Shown here: positions 10,796 through 19,209 of the stretch, piece after piece
How the letters are laid out: each line of letters opens with the position of its first letter
Numbering within the stretch: the first letter of the stretch is position 1
Assembly: GCA_963717665.1 (NCBI GenBank)
Contig: OY970348.1
Location: 2,532,498 to 2,596,497, forward strand
Length of the DNA: 64,000 bases
Direction: 5' to 3'
DNA from: an uncultured Solirubrobacteraceae bacterium
GTDB lineage: Bacteria > Actinomycetota > Thermoleophilia > Solirubrobacterales > Solirubrobacteraceae
Notes under the pieces: generated by a model
Seen by the model: the letters and a program-made list of their open reading frames with translations, nothing else
What the model was told of the DNA's origin: nothing
The model's database searches: none
Translations under genes and position numbers: made by a program

Positions 10796-11758
10796 GTGGA
10801 GCGCGCGATCGTCACCGGCGGAGCCGGATTCATCGGCTCGCACGTGGTCGACGCGCTGCTCGGCCAGGGCTGCGCCGTGACCGTCGTCGACGACCTCTCC
10901 GCCGGCGATCGCCGGCGCGTGGCCGAGCAGGCCGAGCTGCGCGTGCTCGACGTCGTCGACCTGGAGGGACTCTCGGCGCTGGCCGAGGAGGTCAAGCCGA
11001 GCGCGATCTTTCACCTCGCCGCGCAGGCGAGCGTCGTCGCCTCCGTGGCGAACCCAGGGCGCGACTGCGAGGTCAACGTGCAGGGCACGCTCAACGTCGT
11101 CGAGGTCGCCGGGCGCCACGGCGCGCCTGTCGTGTTCACATCGACCGGCGGGGCGCTGTACGGCGACGCCGCGCCGATGCCGACGGCCGAGGACCGGATC
11201 CCGGCGCCGCTCTCCCCCTACGGTGCCTCCAAGTGGGCAGGCGAGGCATACGTGAAGACGTGGTCGCTGGCATCCGGCATCCCGCATGCCGTGTGTCGCC
11301 TGGGCAACGTCTACGGGCCCCGTCAGAACCCGCACGGCGAGGCCGGCGTCGTCGCGATCTTCTCCGACCACCTGTACACCGGCAAGGCGCCGAAGCTGTT
11401 CGGCCACGGCAAGCCGACGCGTGACTACGTATACGTCGGCGATGTCGTCAAAGCGCTGATCGCCGCGTCCGGCAAGTCGGGCACCTACAACATCGCCACC
11501 TCGGTCGAGACGGACGTCGCGACCGTCTGGCGCGAGCTGCAGAAGGCGGCGGAAAGCTCCGTGGCGCCCGGCGCCTTCGAGAGTCCCGGCTCGCTGGAGC
11601 CCGAACTGGCCGACCTGCGCCCCGGCGAGCTGCAGCACAGCCGGCTTGACATCTCGCTGGCCGAACGCGAGCTCGGCTGGCGTCCGGAGGTCCCGATCGC
11701 CGAGGGACTGGCGCGCACTTACGCTGCGATGACAGAGGACTTGCAGAAGCAGGAATAG
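10796..11758 (+). CDS. NAD-dependent epimerase/dehydratase (UDP-glucose 4-epimerase-like)
   Basis: TGGAGFIGSH, HLAAQ, YGASK, NVYGPRQ, TRDYVYVGDV. Confidence 0.9.
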   Translation: MERAIVTGGAGFIGSHVVDALLGQGCAVTVVDDLSAGDRRRVAEQAELRVLDVVDLEGLSALAEEVKPSAIFHLAAQASVVASVANPGRDCEVNVQGTLNVVEVAGRHGAPVVFTSTGGALYGDAAPMPTAEDRIPAPLSPYGASKWAGEAYVKTWSLASGIPHAVCRLGNVYGPRQNPHGEAGVVAIFSDHLYTGKAPKLFGHGKPTRDYVYVGDVVKALIAASGKSGTYNIATSVETDVATVWRELQKAAESSVAPGAFESPGSLEPELADLRPGELQHSRLDISLAERELGWRPEVPIAEGLARTYAAMTEDLQKQE

Positions 11759-11822
11759 CCGAATGTGCAGTTCCTGACGCGACGCGCTCTTGCTCTGCGC
11801 GGCCCTGTCGAGATTCAAGCGC

Positions 11823-12821
11823 ATGAGGCTTTCCCGCATCCTGGCGGCGCTGCTCGCCGCAGGTGTCGCGCCCTTGCTGCTTGCAACGTCCGCCGTTGCC
11901 GCCGGTTCCCCAGGCGGAGCGCAGTCGCCTTCGGCGCCGCTGTCCGGTGGCAGCGAGTACGGCCTGGCGAGCAGCACCGCCGTGCAGCATCCCGTCGTCT
12001 CGCGCTTGACCGTTCCGAGCACGTCCGTGCCCGGGCGCCCGCCGCGCGTGACGCTGCGGATCGACGAGCCGCACGTGGGCACCGTCAACGCGACCGTCGC
12101 CGTCAACAACCTGACGACGCGCAAGCAGGCGATCGTCGTGCGGATGGGCTGGGTGCACACCGGCCGCACGCTGAGCGTGGCTTGGCCGCACGGCGCGACG
12201 CTCGCGCCCGGCAGCTACCACGTGAGCGTCAGCGCGCGCGACCACCATGCCAACAGCCTCACGCGCACGGCGCACAGCTCGGGCGTGGCGACCTTGACCG
12301 TCGCGGCGCCCGCGCCGCCGCCGGCTGCGGTCCCTGTGCCGAGCGCTCCGGTGCTCGAAGCGGGCGTGCCCACGCCGACGCAGACCGTTGCCGACGGAGC
12401 AGTCTTCCCCGTGGCCGGCGCGCACAGCTTCGGCGACGCCGAAAACCGCTACGGCGCGCCGCGCAGTGGTCACATCCACGAAGGCCAGGACATCCTCACG
12501 GCCGAAGGGACTCCCGACGTCGCGCCGCTGGCCGGAACGATCACGTGGACCGCGTTCCAGGCCTCCGGCGCGGGCTACTACGCCGTCGAGCACAGCGCGA
12601 TCGGCTTCGACCTGATGTTCGCCCACTGCAAGGCCGGGACAGTCGCCGTCAGCGCCGGGCAGGCCGTCTCGCCCGGCTCGCCGATCTGCCAGGCCGGGCA
12701 GACCGGTGACGCCACCGCGCCGCACCTGCACTTCGAGATGTGGGTCGGCGGCTGGCAGGTCAAAGGCGGGCACTCGATCGACCCGCTGCCCTACCTCGAA
12801 GCTTGGGAACATGGGGCTTAA
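11823..12821 (+). CDS. Secreted M23-family metallopeptidase
   Basis: Signal peptide; HEGQD (HxxxD) and PHLHFE (HxH) zinc motifs. Confidence 0.9.
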   Translation: MRLSRILAALLAAGVAPLLLATSAVAAGSPGGAQSPSAPLSGGSEYGLASSTAVQHPVVSRLTVPSTSVPGRPPRVTLRIDEPHVGTVNATVAVNNLTTRKQAIVVRMGWVHTGRTLSVAWPHGATLAPGSYHVSVSARDHHANSLTRTAHSSGVATLTVAAPAPPPAAVPVPSAPVLEAGVPTPTQTVADGAVFPVAGAHSFGDAENRYGAPRSGHIHEGQDILTAEGTPDVAPLAGTITWTAFQASGAGYYAVEHSAIGFDLMFAHCKAGTVAVSAGQAVSPGSPICQAGQTGDATAPHLHFEMWVGGWQVKGGHSIDPLPYLEAWEHGA

Positions 12822-12898
12822 GAGCCGGTAGGATCGAGCCCGCACGATTGCAGCGTGGGGCGGCGCCAGGGCGTCGCGCGACGTGGCGATCGATCAGC

Positions 12899-12971
12899 GG
12901 CGAGATAGCTCAGTTGGTAGAGCACACGACTGAAAATCGTGGTGTCCCCGGTTCGAATCCGGGTCTCGCCA
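12899..12971 (+). tRNA. tRNA-Phe(GAA)
   Basis: Acceptor stem GGCGAGA/TCTCGCC-A, D-loop AGTTGGTA, anticodon loop CT-GAA-AA, T-loop TTCGAAT; CCA is not encoded. Confidence 0.97.
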
Positions 12972-13529
12972 TTAGACTTCGGGGACGAGAATCTGCCCGA
13001 GGGCGCCGCTGGCGAACCGCTGCTCTCGCACCAGGTCCAGCTTCAGGTGTTCGTCGAGATCCGCGAAGGGGCTGTGGCCGGCGCCGATCGCTAGGGGTAC
13101 ATATGTGAGCTGGTACTCGTCGACGAGGCGGAGCTTGGTCATCGACTTGGCGAAGTTCGGCCCGCCGTGGACGAGAATCGTGCCGTCGTCGTCGCGGGCC
13201 TTCAGGTCGGCGATCGCGACGGCGAGGTCGCCGCCGAAGATCTCGGCCGGGCCCCACTCCGCGCTCTCCAAGGTGTTGGAGAAGACCGCCTTGGGCTTCT
13301 CGTTCATGGATTTCGCTATCGGGCCCTCCGAGGCGAGCCAATGCGGGCCCATGATCTCATAGCTTCGCCGGCCCATCGCGTGGGTCCCGGCCTCGTCAAG
13401 AGCGCGGAGGTTCCACTCGCCGCTGTCGTCGCCGAAGAACTCGAACATCCAGTCATGCGTCCCGTCGAGGCTCGTCGCGAAGCCGTCGAGAGACAGCACC
13501 ATCTTGAGAACTACCTTTCTGGTGGTCAT
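12972..13529 (-). CDS. Dihydrofolate reductase-like (RibD C-terminal) protein
   Basis: SLDGF, MGRRSYE, KAVFSNTL, HGG, LVDEY..P..IGAG motifs. Confidence 0.85.
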   Translation of the reverse strand: MTTRKVVLKMVLSLDGFATSLDGTHDWMFEFFGDDSGEWNLRALDEAGTHAMGRRSYEIMGPHWLASEGPIAKSMNEKPKAVFSNTLESAEWGPAEIFGGDLAVAIADLKARDDDGTILVHGGPNFAKSMTKLRLVDEYQLTYVPLAIGAGHSPFADLDEHLKLDLVREQRFASGALGQILVPEV

Positions 13530-13719
13530 GTAGGTAGGGACTCTGGCATGGCCGGAAAATCATCGGTGTCCAAGGTCGTCAACCAGGGCACCTGACGTTC
13601 GGCAGCAGCCCCGGCGTGGAGGCGGGGGCGATCGCCCGCGCACACAGCACATCCCCGTTTAGTTGGCGAGCGCCGTCGTTGGCACACACCAGCGAGGGGC
13701 CATGCGACCTAGGTCGGCT

Positions 13720-13878
13720 GTCCCAAGCCATCAACGACACTGAGGACGCCGGGGAGGACGGGCCTGACCGGGCACGGAACATGCTCGAGGTGGTGGTTCT
13801 CGTCACGATCGAGGGCGCTGAACTGGCCATTCACGCGATGAGGATGCGCCCAAGTTCAGGAGGCTGATCGAGTCATGA
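13720..13878 (+). pseudogene. Remnant of a small type II toxin (C-terminal half only)
   Basis: GPDRARNMLEVVVLVTIEGAELAIHAMRMRP resembles small actinobacterial toxins found upstream of RHH antitoxins; a 1-nt correction would give RPKFRRLIES* with an ATGA overlap on the antitoxin start. Confidence 0.5.
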
Positions 13879-14162
13879 GCAAAGACCACGTTTATGGCCA
13901 CACCCGCTCCGGCGAGCCGGTCACTGACAAGGAGATCGAGACTCTCGCGGCAGAGGCTGAGGCGGGCTACGACGTGGACACCTTGCTGGCTCGCAGAGGT
14001 AAGCGCGGCCGGCCCGCGCTAGGCTCGGCGCCCGCGAGCGTCGAGTCGGTCAGGCTCGACCCCGAGCTGCGCGACCAGCTCCTCGAGCGCGCAAAAGCCG
14101 AGGGCACTACGACCTCCGAGGTCATCCGCACGGCGCTCCGGCGCTTCCTGAAGGCCGCGTGA
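13875..14162 (+). CDS. Ribbon-helix-helix (CopG-type) antitoxin-like protein
   Basis: RGRP motif followed by SVRLDPELR..L..RA..EGTTTSEVIRTALRRFL. Confidence 0.8.
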   Translation: MSKDHVYGHTRSGEPVTDKEIETLAAEAEAGYDVDTLLARRGKRGRPALGSAPASVESVRLDPELRDQLLERAKAEGTTTSEVIRTALRRFLKAA

Positions 14163-14281
14163 GGGCAGAGTACGCGTATCCGAGTGCCCGACGTCGTACC
14201 GCTTCGCAGGGTCCGCTGCGACCGCGCACGAAGCGATTCCCCAGCCGGTGCTCGTGCAGCCGATGAGTTCGGCCGCGTTGA

Positions 14282-15964
14282 CTAGGCCAGCCGCGCGCCG
14301 GGCTCCGCCGCAATCGCCCGCGGCGTGGCCCTCCACGCGAGCAGGACCGTCTCGCGCGCGCCTGCCGGGTAGGTTCTGCCGGCCTGCTGCACGATCCGCA
14401 CGACACGCAGCGTCCACGTCCTGCGCGCGCCCGGTGATCGCTTCGGCTTCGTTGTCGGGAAGACGCGCACGAGCTTGCCGTCCCGTGACAGGGGCCGCCC
14501 CCGTAGCATCGCGACGACGATCTGTCGCGCGCGGCAGTGGCTCGCGGCGATTCGCCTGCGCGCGGTCCTCGCGAGCAGCCCGCGGACGTCGACTATCCGG
14601 CAGCGCGTCGGCGGTTGCGATGTAGCGCGCTGAACCGCCGTGTTCGGCAGCGCCGCCGCCGGCGTTGACGTCGCGCCTGGCGACACCACGCCCGGTGCCG
14701 CCGCGGCCGGCGGCGGCAGCGTGATCCTGTGGATCTCGCCCGTGGCGTTGGTCACGTAATACAGCGCGGTCTGACCCTGCTGGGTCAGGAAGGCCATGTC
14801 CGTGATCACGCCGCTCGTCTGGGCGAAGGGGGCGCCGTATTCGACCGCGCCCGCGCTCGTCATCAAGAAAATCCTCCCGCAGCCTCCGTCGGCGAACAGG
14901 TAGCCGCCGTCGTAGGCCGGCGCCCAGATGCCGTTCGGGATGAACGCACCGGCCGTGATAAAGCTGCAGCCGCTGCTGTGGTTGTAGACCGTAAGCGGGT
15001 CGGTGAAACCAGCCGGTGTCGCCGGGCAGGCGGTCGAGGATCCTGTGTTGCAGAATCCCTCCCGGCTGTCCCAGCCGTAGTTCAGGCCGCTGGCGCCCGC
15101 ATCGACCTCCTCCCAAGTGCTCTGACCGACATCGTTGATGTAGAAGCGCGTGGCGCTCGTGTTGGGGTCGAAGCCAAAGCGGAAGGGGTTGCGCAGGCCG
15201 TAGTCGTAGATCTCCGTGCACTTCGCCGTGGTCGGCGCCGATATGCCGGCCGTCGCACACGACGTCGCTTCCGGGGCACCGACGAAGGGGTTGTCCGCCG
15301 GCACGGCACCGCCCGTCGTGATCCGCAGGATCTTTCCGTTCAGCAGGCTCAGATCCTGCGCCGCCGAGGGGCCCGATCCGCGCGGGTTGGTGCCGCCGTC
15401 GCCGACGCTGACGTATAGGTCGCCATCGTTGCCGATGTGCAGGTCACCGCCGTTGTGGTTGCCGGCTGGGATGTTCATGTTGTCGAGCAGTACGACCTCA
15501 GACGCCGGTTCGATCGTGTCGCCCGTCATCCTGAAGCGGCTGACGCGGTTGAAGCGCCCGCTGCTGCTTGCGCAGTTGCCGGCGTTGCGGGTGTAGTACA
15601 GGTACACGAAGCCATTGCTCGCGAAGCCCGGATCGATGGCTGCGCCGAGCAGGCCCTCCTCGCTGTCGGTACATACGTTCAGCGTCAGCCCGTCGCTGCT
15701 CAGCAGCGTGCCGTCTGATTGGAGAATGCGGACGGTACCCCCCTTCTCCAGCACCAGAGCCCGGCCGCTGTCTAGGATCGGCGCGATCGCCGTGGGGGAG
15801 CTAAGCGGGTTTGACACGGGCGAGGGCAGCGTCGTGTCGGCGAATCCGGCTGGGGCGGCGCTCGCCGATTGCGCTCCCGATGCGCCTACCACGGCGAGGG
15901 CGACAAGCACCAACGCGCGCAGACCGGGAGCGAGAGGCCGCCACTTGCTTTTCCTTCGTGTCAC
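14282..15964 (-). CDS. Secreted glucose/sorbosone dehydrogenase-family (PQQ-dependent sugar dehydrogenase) beta-propeller
   Basis: EEGLLG, HNGGDL, SVGDGG, QDLSLLNGKILRI, YGLRNPFR, NDVGQSTWEEVD, NYGW. Confidence 0.85.
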   Translation of the reverse strand: MTRRKSKWRPLAPGLRALVLVALAVVGASGAQSASAAPAGFADTTLPSPVSNPLSSPTAIAPILDSGRALVLEKGGTVRILQSDGTLLSSDGLTLNVCTDSEEGLLGAAIDPGFASNGFVYLYYTRNAGNCASSSGRFNRVSRFRMTGDTIEPASEVVLLDNMNIPAGNHNGGDLHIGNDGDLYVSVGDGGTNPRGSGPSAAQDLSLLNGKILRITTGGAVPADNPFVGAPEATSCATAGISAPTTAKCTEIYDYGLRNPFRFGFDPNTSATRFYINDVGQSTWEEVDAGASGLNYGWDSREGFCNTGSSTACPATPAGFTDPLTVYNHSSGCSFITAGAFIPNGIWAPAYDGGYLFADGGCGRIFLMTSAGAVEYGAPFAQTSGVITDMAFLTQQGQTALYYVTNATGEIHRITLPPPAAAAPGVVSPGATSTPAAALPNTAVQRATSQPPTRCRIVDVRGLLARTARRRIAASHCRARQIVVAMLRGRPLSRDGKLVRVFPTTKPKRSPGARRTWTLRVVRIVQQAGRTYPAGARETVLLAWRATPRAIAAEPGARLA

Positions 15965-16141
15965 CGAGCGAGAGCGTAGACGCCGGCAAAGCGGAGGTCC
16001 TGCGTAGAGGACGAACGGCCGAGTGGGTCTGCCCCACGGGGCAACGCGCGGTCTGCGCCGAGACGCCTCGCGTCCCCCGAGCCAGAGACACGCTCTGCGC
16101 ATCGGGGCTCAGGCGACGGCGGGCTAATACGCTACAGCGCT

Positions 16142-16897
16142 ATGGCTGGTCCTAAGACGACACACGATCGTGTCCGCGCCGCGTTGGCCGTCCTGGCGGT
16201 GTCGCTGGCCGGTCTCTTCGCCGGCTGCGGCTCGAGTGCCACCACCAAGACGCCGCCCACGCCCCCCGGCCTCAGCATCACGGGCCCCGGGCTGCAGGTC
16301 AGCCAGCCGTCCTCAGGGCTGGGTCAGCCGGCGTGGCGACCGGAATACGCCCATCTAACGCAGCGCCTGAAGCTGATCGGGATTCCCGCCGGCGGCAAGG
16401 AAAAGTTCCACATCCACGCACTGCTGCGGATCTACGTCAACGGCCTGCTCAGACCGCTGCCCGCAGACATCGGCATCGACTCTGCCAAGGGAACCGAGTC
16501 GAGCATGCACACGCACGACGGCTCGGGGATCATCCACATGGAGGCGCCGCGCCCCTACAAGTACACGCTCGGGGACTTCTTCTCGGTGTGGGGCGTAAAG
16601 CTCGGCCCGGCGCAGGTCGGCGGCCTGAAAGGCTATGGCGGCAACCGCCTGCACTTCTACCTCAACGGCAAGCCGCTGAGCAATCCGGCCGCTCTCGTGC
16701 TGCACAAAGACGACAGTGTCGTGATCGGCTATGGGCCACCCAACGGCTATCCGCACAACCCGAGCAAGTTCCTGCTCAGCGAGGTCGACAAAGGCGAAGG
16801 CGGGCTCGGCTGCGGCGCCACCAAGAAGGGGCAGAAGTCCAAAAGCTGCCTCGCGCCCAAGGTGCCCAGCGGCAAGTCGAAGACCAGCACGAGCTGA
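16142..16897 (+). CDS. Lipoprotein with a His-rich putative metal-binding domain
   Basis: Lipobox FAGC; HIH, MHTHDGSGIIHME and YTLGDFF motifs. Confidence 0.65.
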   Translation: MAGPKTTHDRVRAALAVLAVSLAGLFAGCGSSATTKTPPTPPGLSITGPGLQVSQPSSGLGQPAWRPEYAHLTQRLKLIGIPAGGKEKFHIHALLRIYVNGLLRPLPADIGIDSAKGTESSMHTHDGSGIIHMEAPRPYKYTLGDFFSVWGVKLGPAQVGGLKGYGGNRLHFYLNGKPLSNPAALVLHKDDSVVIGYGPPNGYPHNPSKFLLSEVDKGEGGLGCGATKKGQKSKSCLAPKVPSGKSKTSTS

Positions 16898-17019
16898 CCG
16901 CGCGGGCATCACCTGTGTCGGCCTTCGCGACCCGTCGGCCTTCGCGGGTGTTGGCGCGCCGGGCCGGCCCTTGGTACCGGGCCGACCCAGCGCAAATCGC
17001 CTGACGCTCTACCTGATCC

Positions 17020-17634
17020 CTACGGGATCGTGGCTTCGATCGCCGTGCCGCCGGATGTCAGCGCGAACGATCCGTTGAGTTCCCCGGTTTCCGGACAGCC
17101 CACGGAGCTTTTCGCGTTGCGCGTGAATTTCTGCCCCGTGATCGTGTCGATCAGCGGACCGCCGACGTTGAACGTGTCTTTGATCGATTTGCTTTCGAAG
17201 AAGCACGTGATTCCGAATTCCACGAATTCAGCTTCGAATTCGACGACGGGTTCACCTTTGATCGTCGACGTTTCCCCTTCTGCCAGCGTCAGCGTCCACG
17301 GCAAGCCGAGCGGAGACACCCGCGCCGGCCCAAGCGTGCTTTTACACAGTCCTCCGAGTTCCGGTTCGGTGAATGACCCGGCGCTCAAATTCACTTTGTC
17401 GCTTGCTTTTTTGTTCGTCGTCAGCGTCCCGGATACGACGTTGGACGCGCACGTGAGCGTCGAGCCTGGGGCTTTGAACACCAAATTCGAGCTTTCACCC
17501 TTGACTTCGGCGCCCGTAGGGAGCGCCACTCCGCCCGTTCGCAACGTCAGCGTTGCCGACGCTACGGCCGGCAGCGCCGAGAGGGCCGTGAGCGCGAGCA
17601 GCGCTACGAATACGGCATACGGTTTCTTACCCAT
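17020..17634 (-). CDS. Secreted beta-rich hypothetical protein
   Basis: GGGGAG RBS, signal peptide ending VASA, four Cys, lower-GC codon usage. Confidence 0.7.
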   Translation of the reverse strand: MGKKPYAVFVALLALTALSALPAVASATLTLRTGGVALPTGAEVKGESSNLVFKAPGSTLTCASNVVSGTLTTNKKASDKVNLSAGSFTEPELGGLCKSTLGPARVSPLGLPWTLTLAEGETSTIKGEPVVEFEAEFVEFGITCFFESKSIKDTFNVGGPLIDTITGQKFTRNAKSSVGCPETGELNGSFALTSGGTAIEATIP

Positions 17635-17992
17635 GGTCTATCATTCTCCCCGTTGTTTGAGGTGGCCTCGGGGCGTCTCTCGCTGGAACGTGTGGCGCTC
17701 CGAGGTTGCTTCGCTGCGGTTCTCAGTGCAGCGACTTAGTTGTACATCCGAGTGGCTGAATCGTGACGTACAGCGTCCTCCTCTCGTTTTCGAGACTCAC
17801 GAATCAGTCGGTCTGATAAAAGCACACTTGGCCGGGTCCGTGTTGCCACCAAGGTGTGTGGAAATACCGGGAGAATTGTTTCTCAAGATGAGGGTTGTCC
17901 GAGTGTCACTTTGGAAATCCCTGCATTTCGGGAAAGTCGAAACAGGCGGACGATTCGCCTCGGGATATTCGTCCGATCAACATAAAGTTTTG

Positions 17993-18958
17993 CTAAAGAG
18001 GCGTCACGCCGTTGCGCGACAGGGCGGCGCCGAGCGCCTCGAGCACGCTCGTAAGGAGCTGCCGGTCGCCGACGGGCGCACGCGGGGTCCATCCCCCGAG
18101 CAGCGCATCGCACCACCGGTCGGGCGTGGCCGTGCCGACGACGCGCGGCGCTGTCGCGGGCTTGCCTGGCAGCGCCCGCAGGGAGCCGGCGCCGGCCGCC
18201 AGGTAGACGTCGGAGGCCTCGGCCCCGACAGACTGCACGTGCAGCCGGCAGATGCCACCGATTCGCTCGGGGAGTTGTGCGGCCGGAGCGATCATGCCCA
18301 GCAGCTCACCCAGCTCGGCGCCGGCCGACCGCGCCGGCTCGGGTTTCCGCCAGCGCCACTCCCACCGCGCCGCGGCCAGTGCGACCGACGCCAGCTGACG
18401 CGCCGCGCACGTCAGCTCATACGTCCGCGTCCGCCCTGCCTCGTGCGCCTGGAGCATGCCCTCGCGCACCAGATTCTGCAGCCGGCGTCGCAGCGCCGAG
18501 CGGCCGATCTCGGGCGCGCTCGCGGCGACCTCGGCGGTGCGCAGCGCGCCGCCGGCCAGGGCGAGCAGGATCTCGCGGTCGTGCGGATCTGCGAGCAGCT
18601 TGATCGGCATCGCCCCGGAGGCCCGGCTGGACTTTGGGCTCACCTGCCAAGCCCGCTCCCAGCGCTCGGCCTGCGCGGGGATCTCGAGCAGTGCGCGGCC
18701 GGCGTCTCGCAGCCCGTAGAGCGCGCGTCGGGGCACACCCGCTTTGTGCGCACGCGGGGGAGTGCCGGCTTGGTGCTCGTAGCTGAGGACTCCGCAGTCG
18801 AGCAGACGTCCGAGCCGTTCGAACACGACCGCGTGCGCCGCGCCGAGCTCCCGCTCGAGATGTTGCGGGCGCAGGGGCCCGTCGGCCAGGGCGCGCAGCA
18901 CCGCGATCATCCGATCCTCCGCGAGCAGCGTCAGCACCCTCGCCCCCACCCTGTCCAA
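17993..18958 (-). CDS. Regulator with tandem HxlR-like winged-HTH domains and an SCP2-like C-terminus
   Basis: Two repeats of LLAD....IL.ALA.GPLR...L......L..RL..L...G.L...Y.LT. Confidence 0.65.
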   Translation of the reverse strand: MDRVGARVLTLLAEDRMIAVLRALADGPLRPQHLERELGAAHAVVFERLGRLLDCGVLSYEHQAGTPPRAHKAGVPRRALYGLRDAGRALLEIPAQAERWERAWQVSPKSSRASGAMPIKLLADPHDREILLALAGGALRTAEVAASAPEIGRSALRRRLQNLVREGMLQAHEAGRTRTYELTCAARQLASVALAAARWEWRWRKPEPARSAGAELGELLGMIAPAAQLPERIGGICRLHVQSVGAEASDVYLAAGAGSLRALPGKPATAPRVVGTATPDRWCDALLGGWTPRAPVGDRQLLTSVLEALGAALSRNGVTPL

Positions 18959-19209
18959 CTAGCTCGACCTTCCTCCCGATCTCGCCTCCCCGCAAGCACA
19001 TGTGAGCATAGACAAACACGTCCGCATGTTCTGATCATCCAAGAAGATCAAAAGATCAAGGACACATTGCGGACGAGCATGAGCTCCAGAAGCGCGCTGT
19101 CGACCTTCCAGCCGACTGTCGCCGGACGGCGGCACTCCCTGAGCGGGACTCTCCGGTGCGCTGAGCGGAACTCAGCTTGGGAGCGCTCCGTGCCGATACG
19201 TACGCAGAC

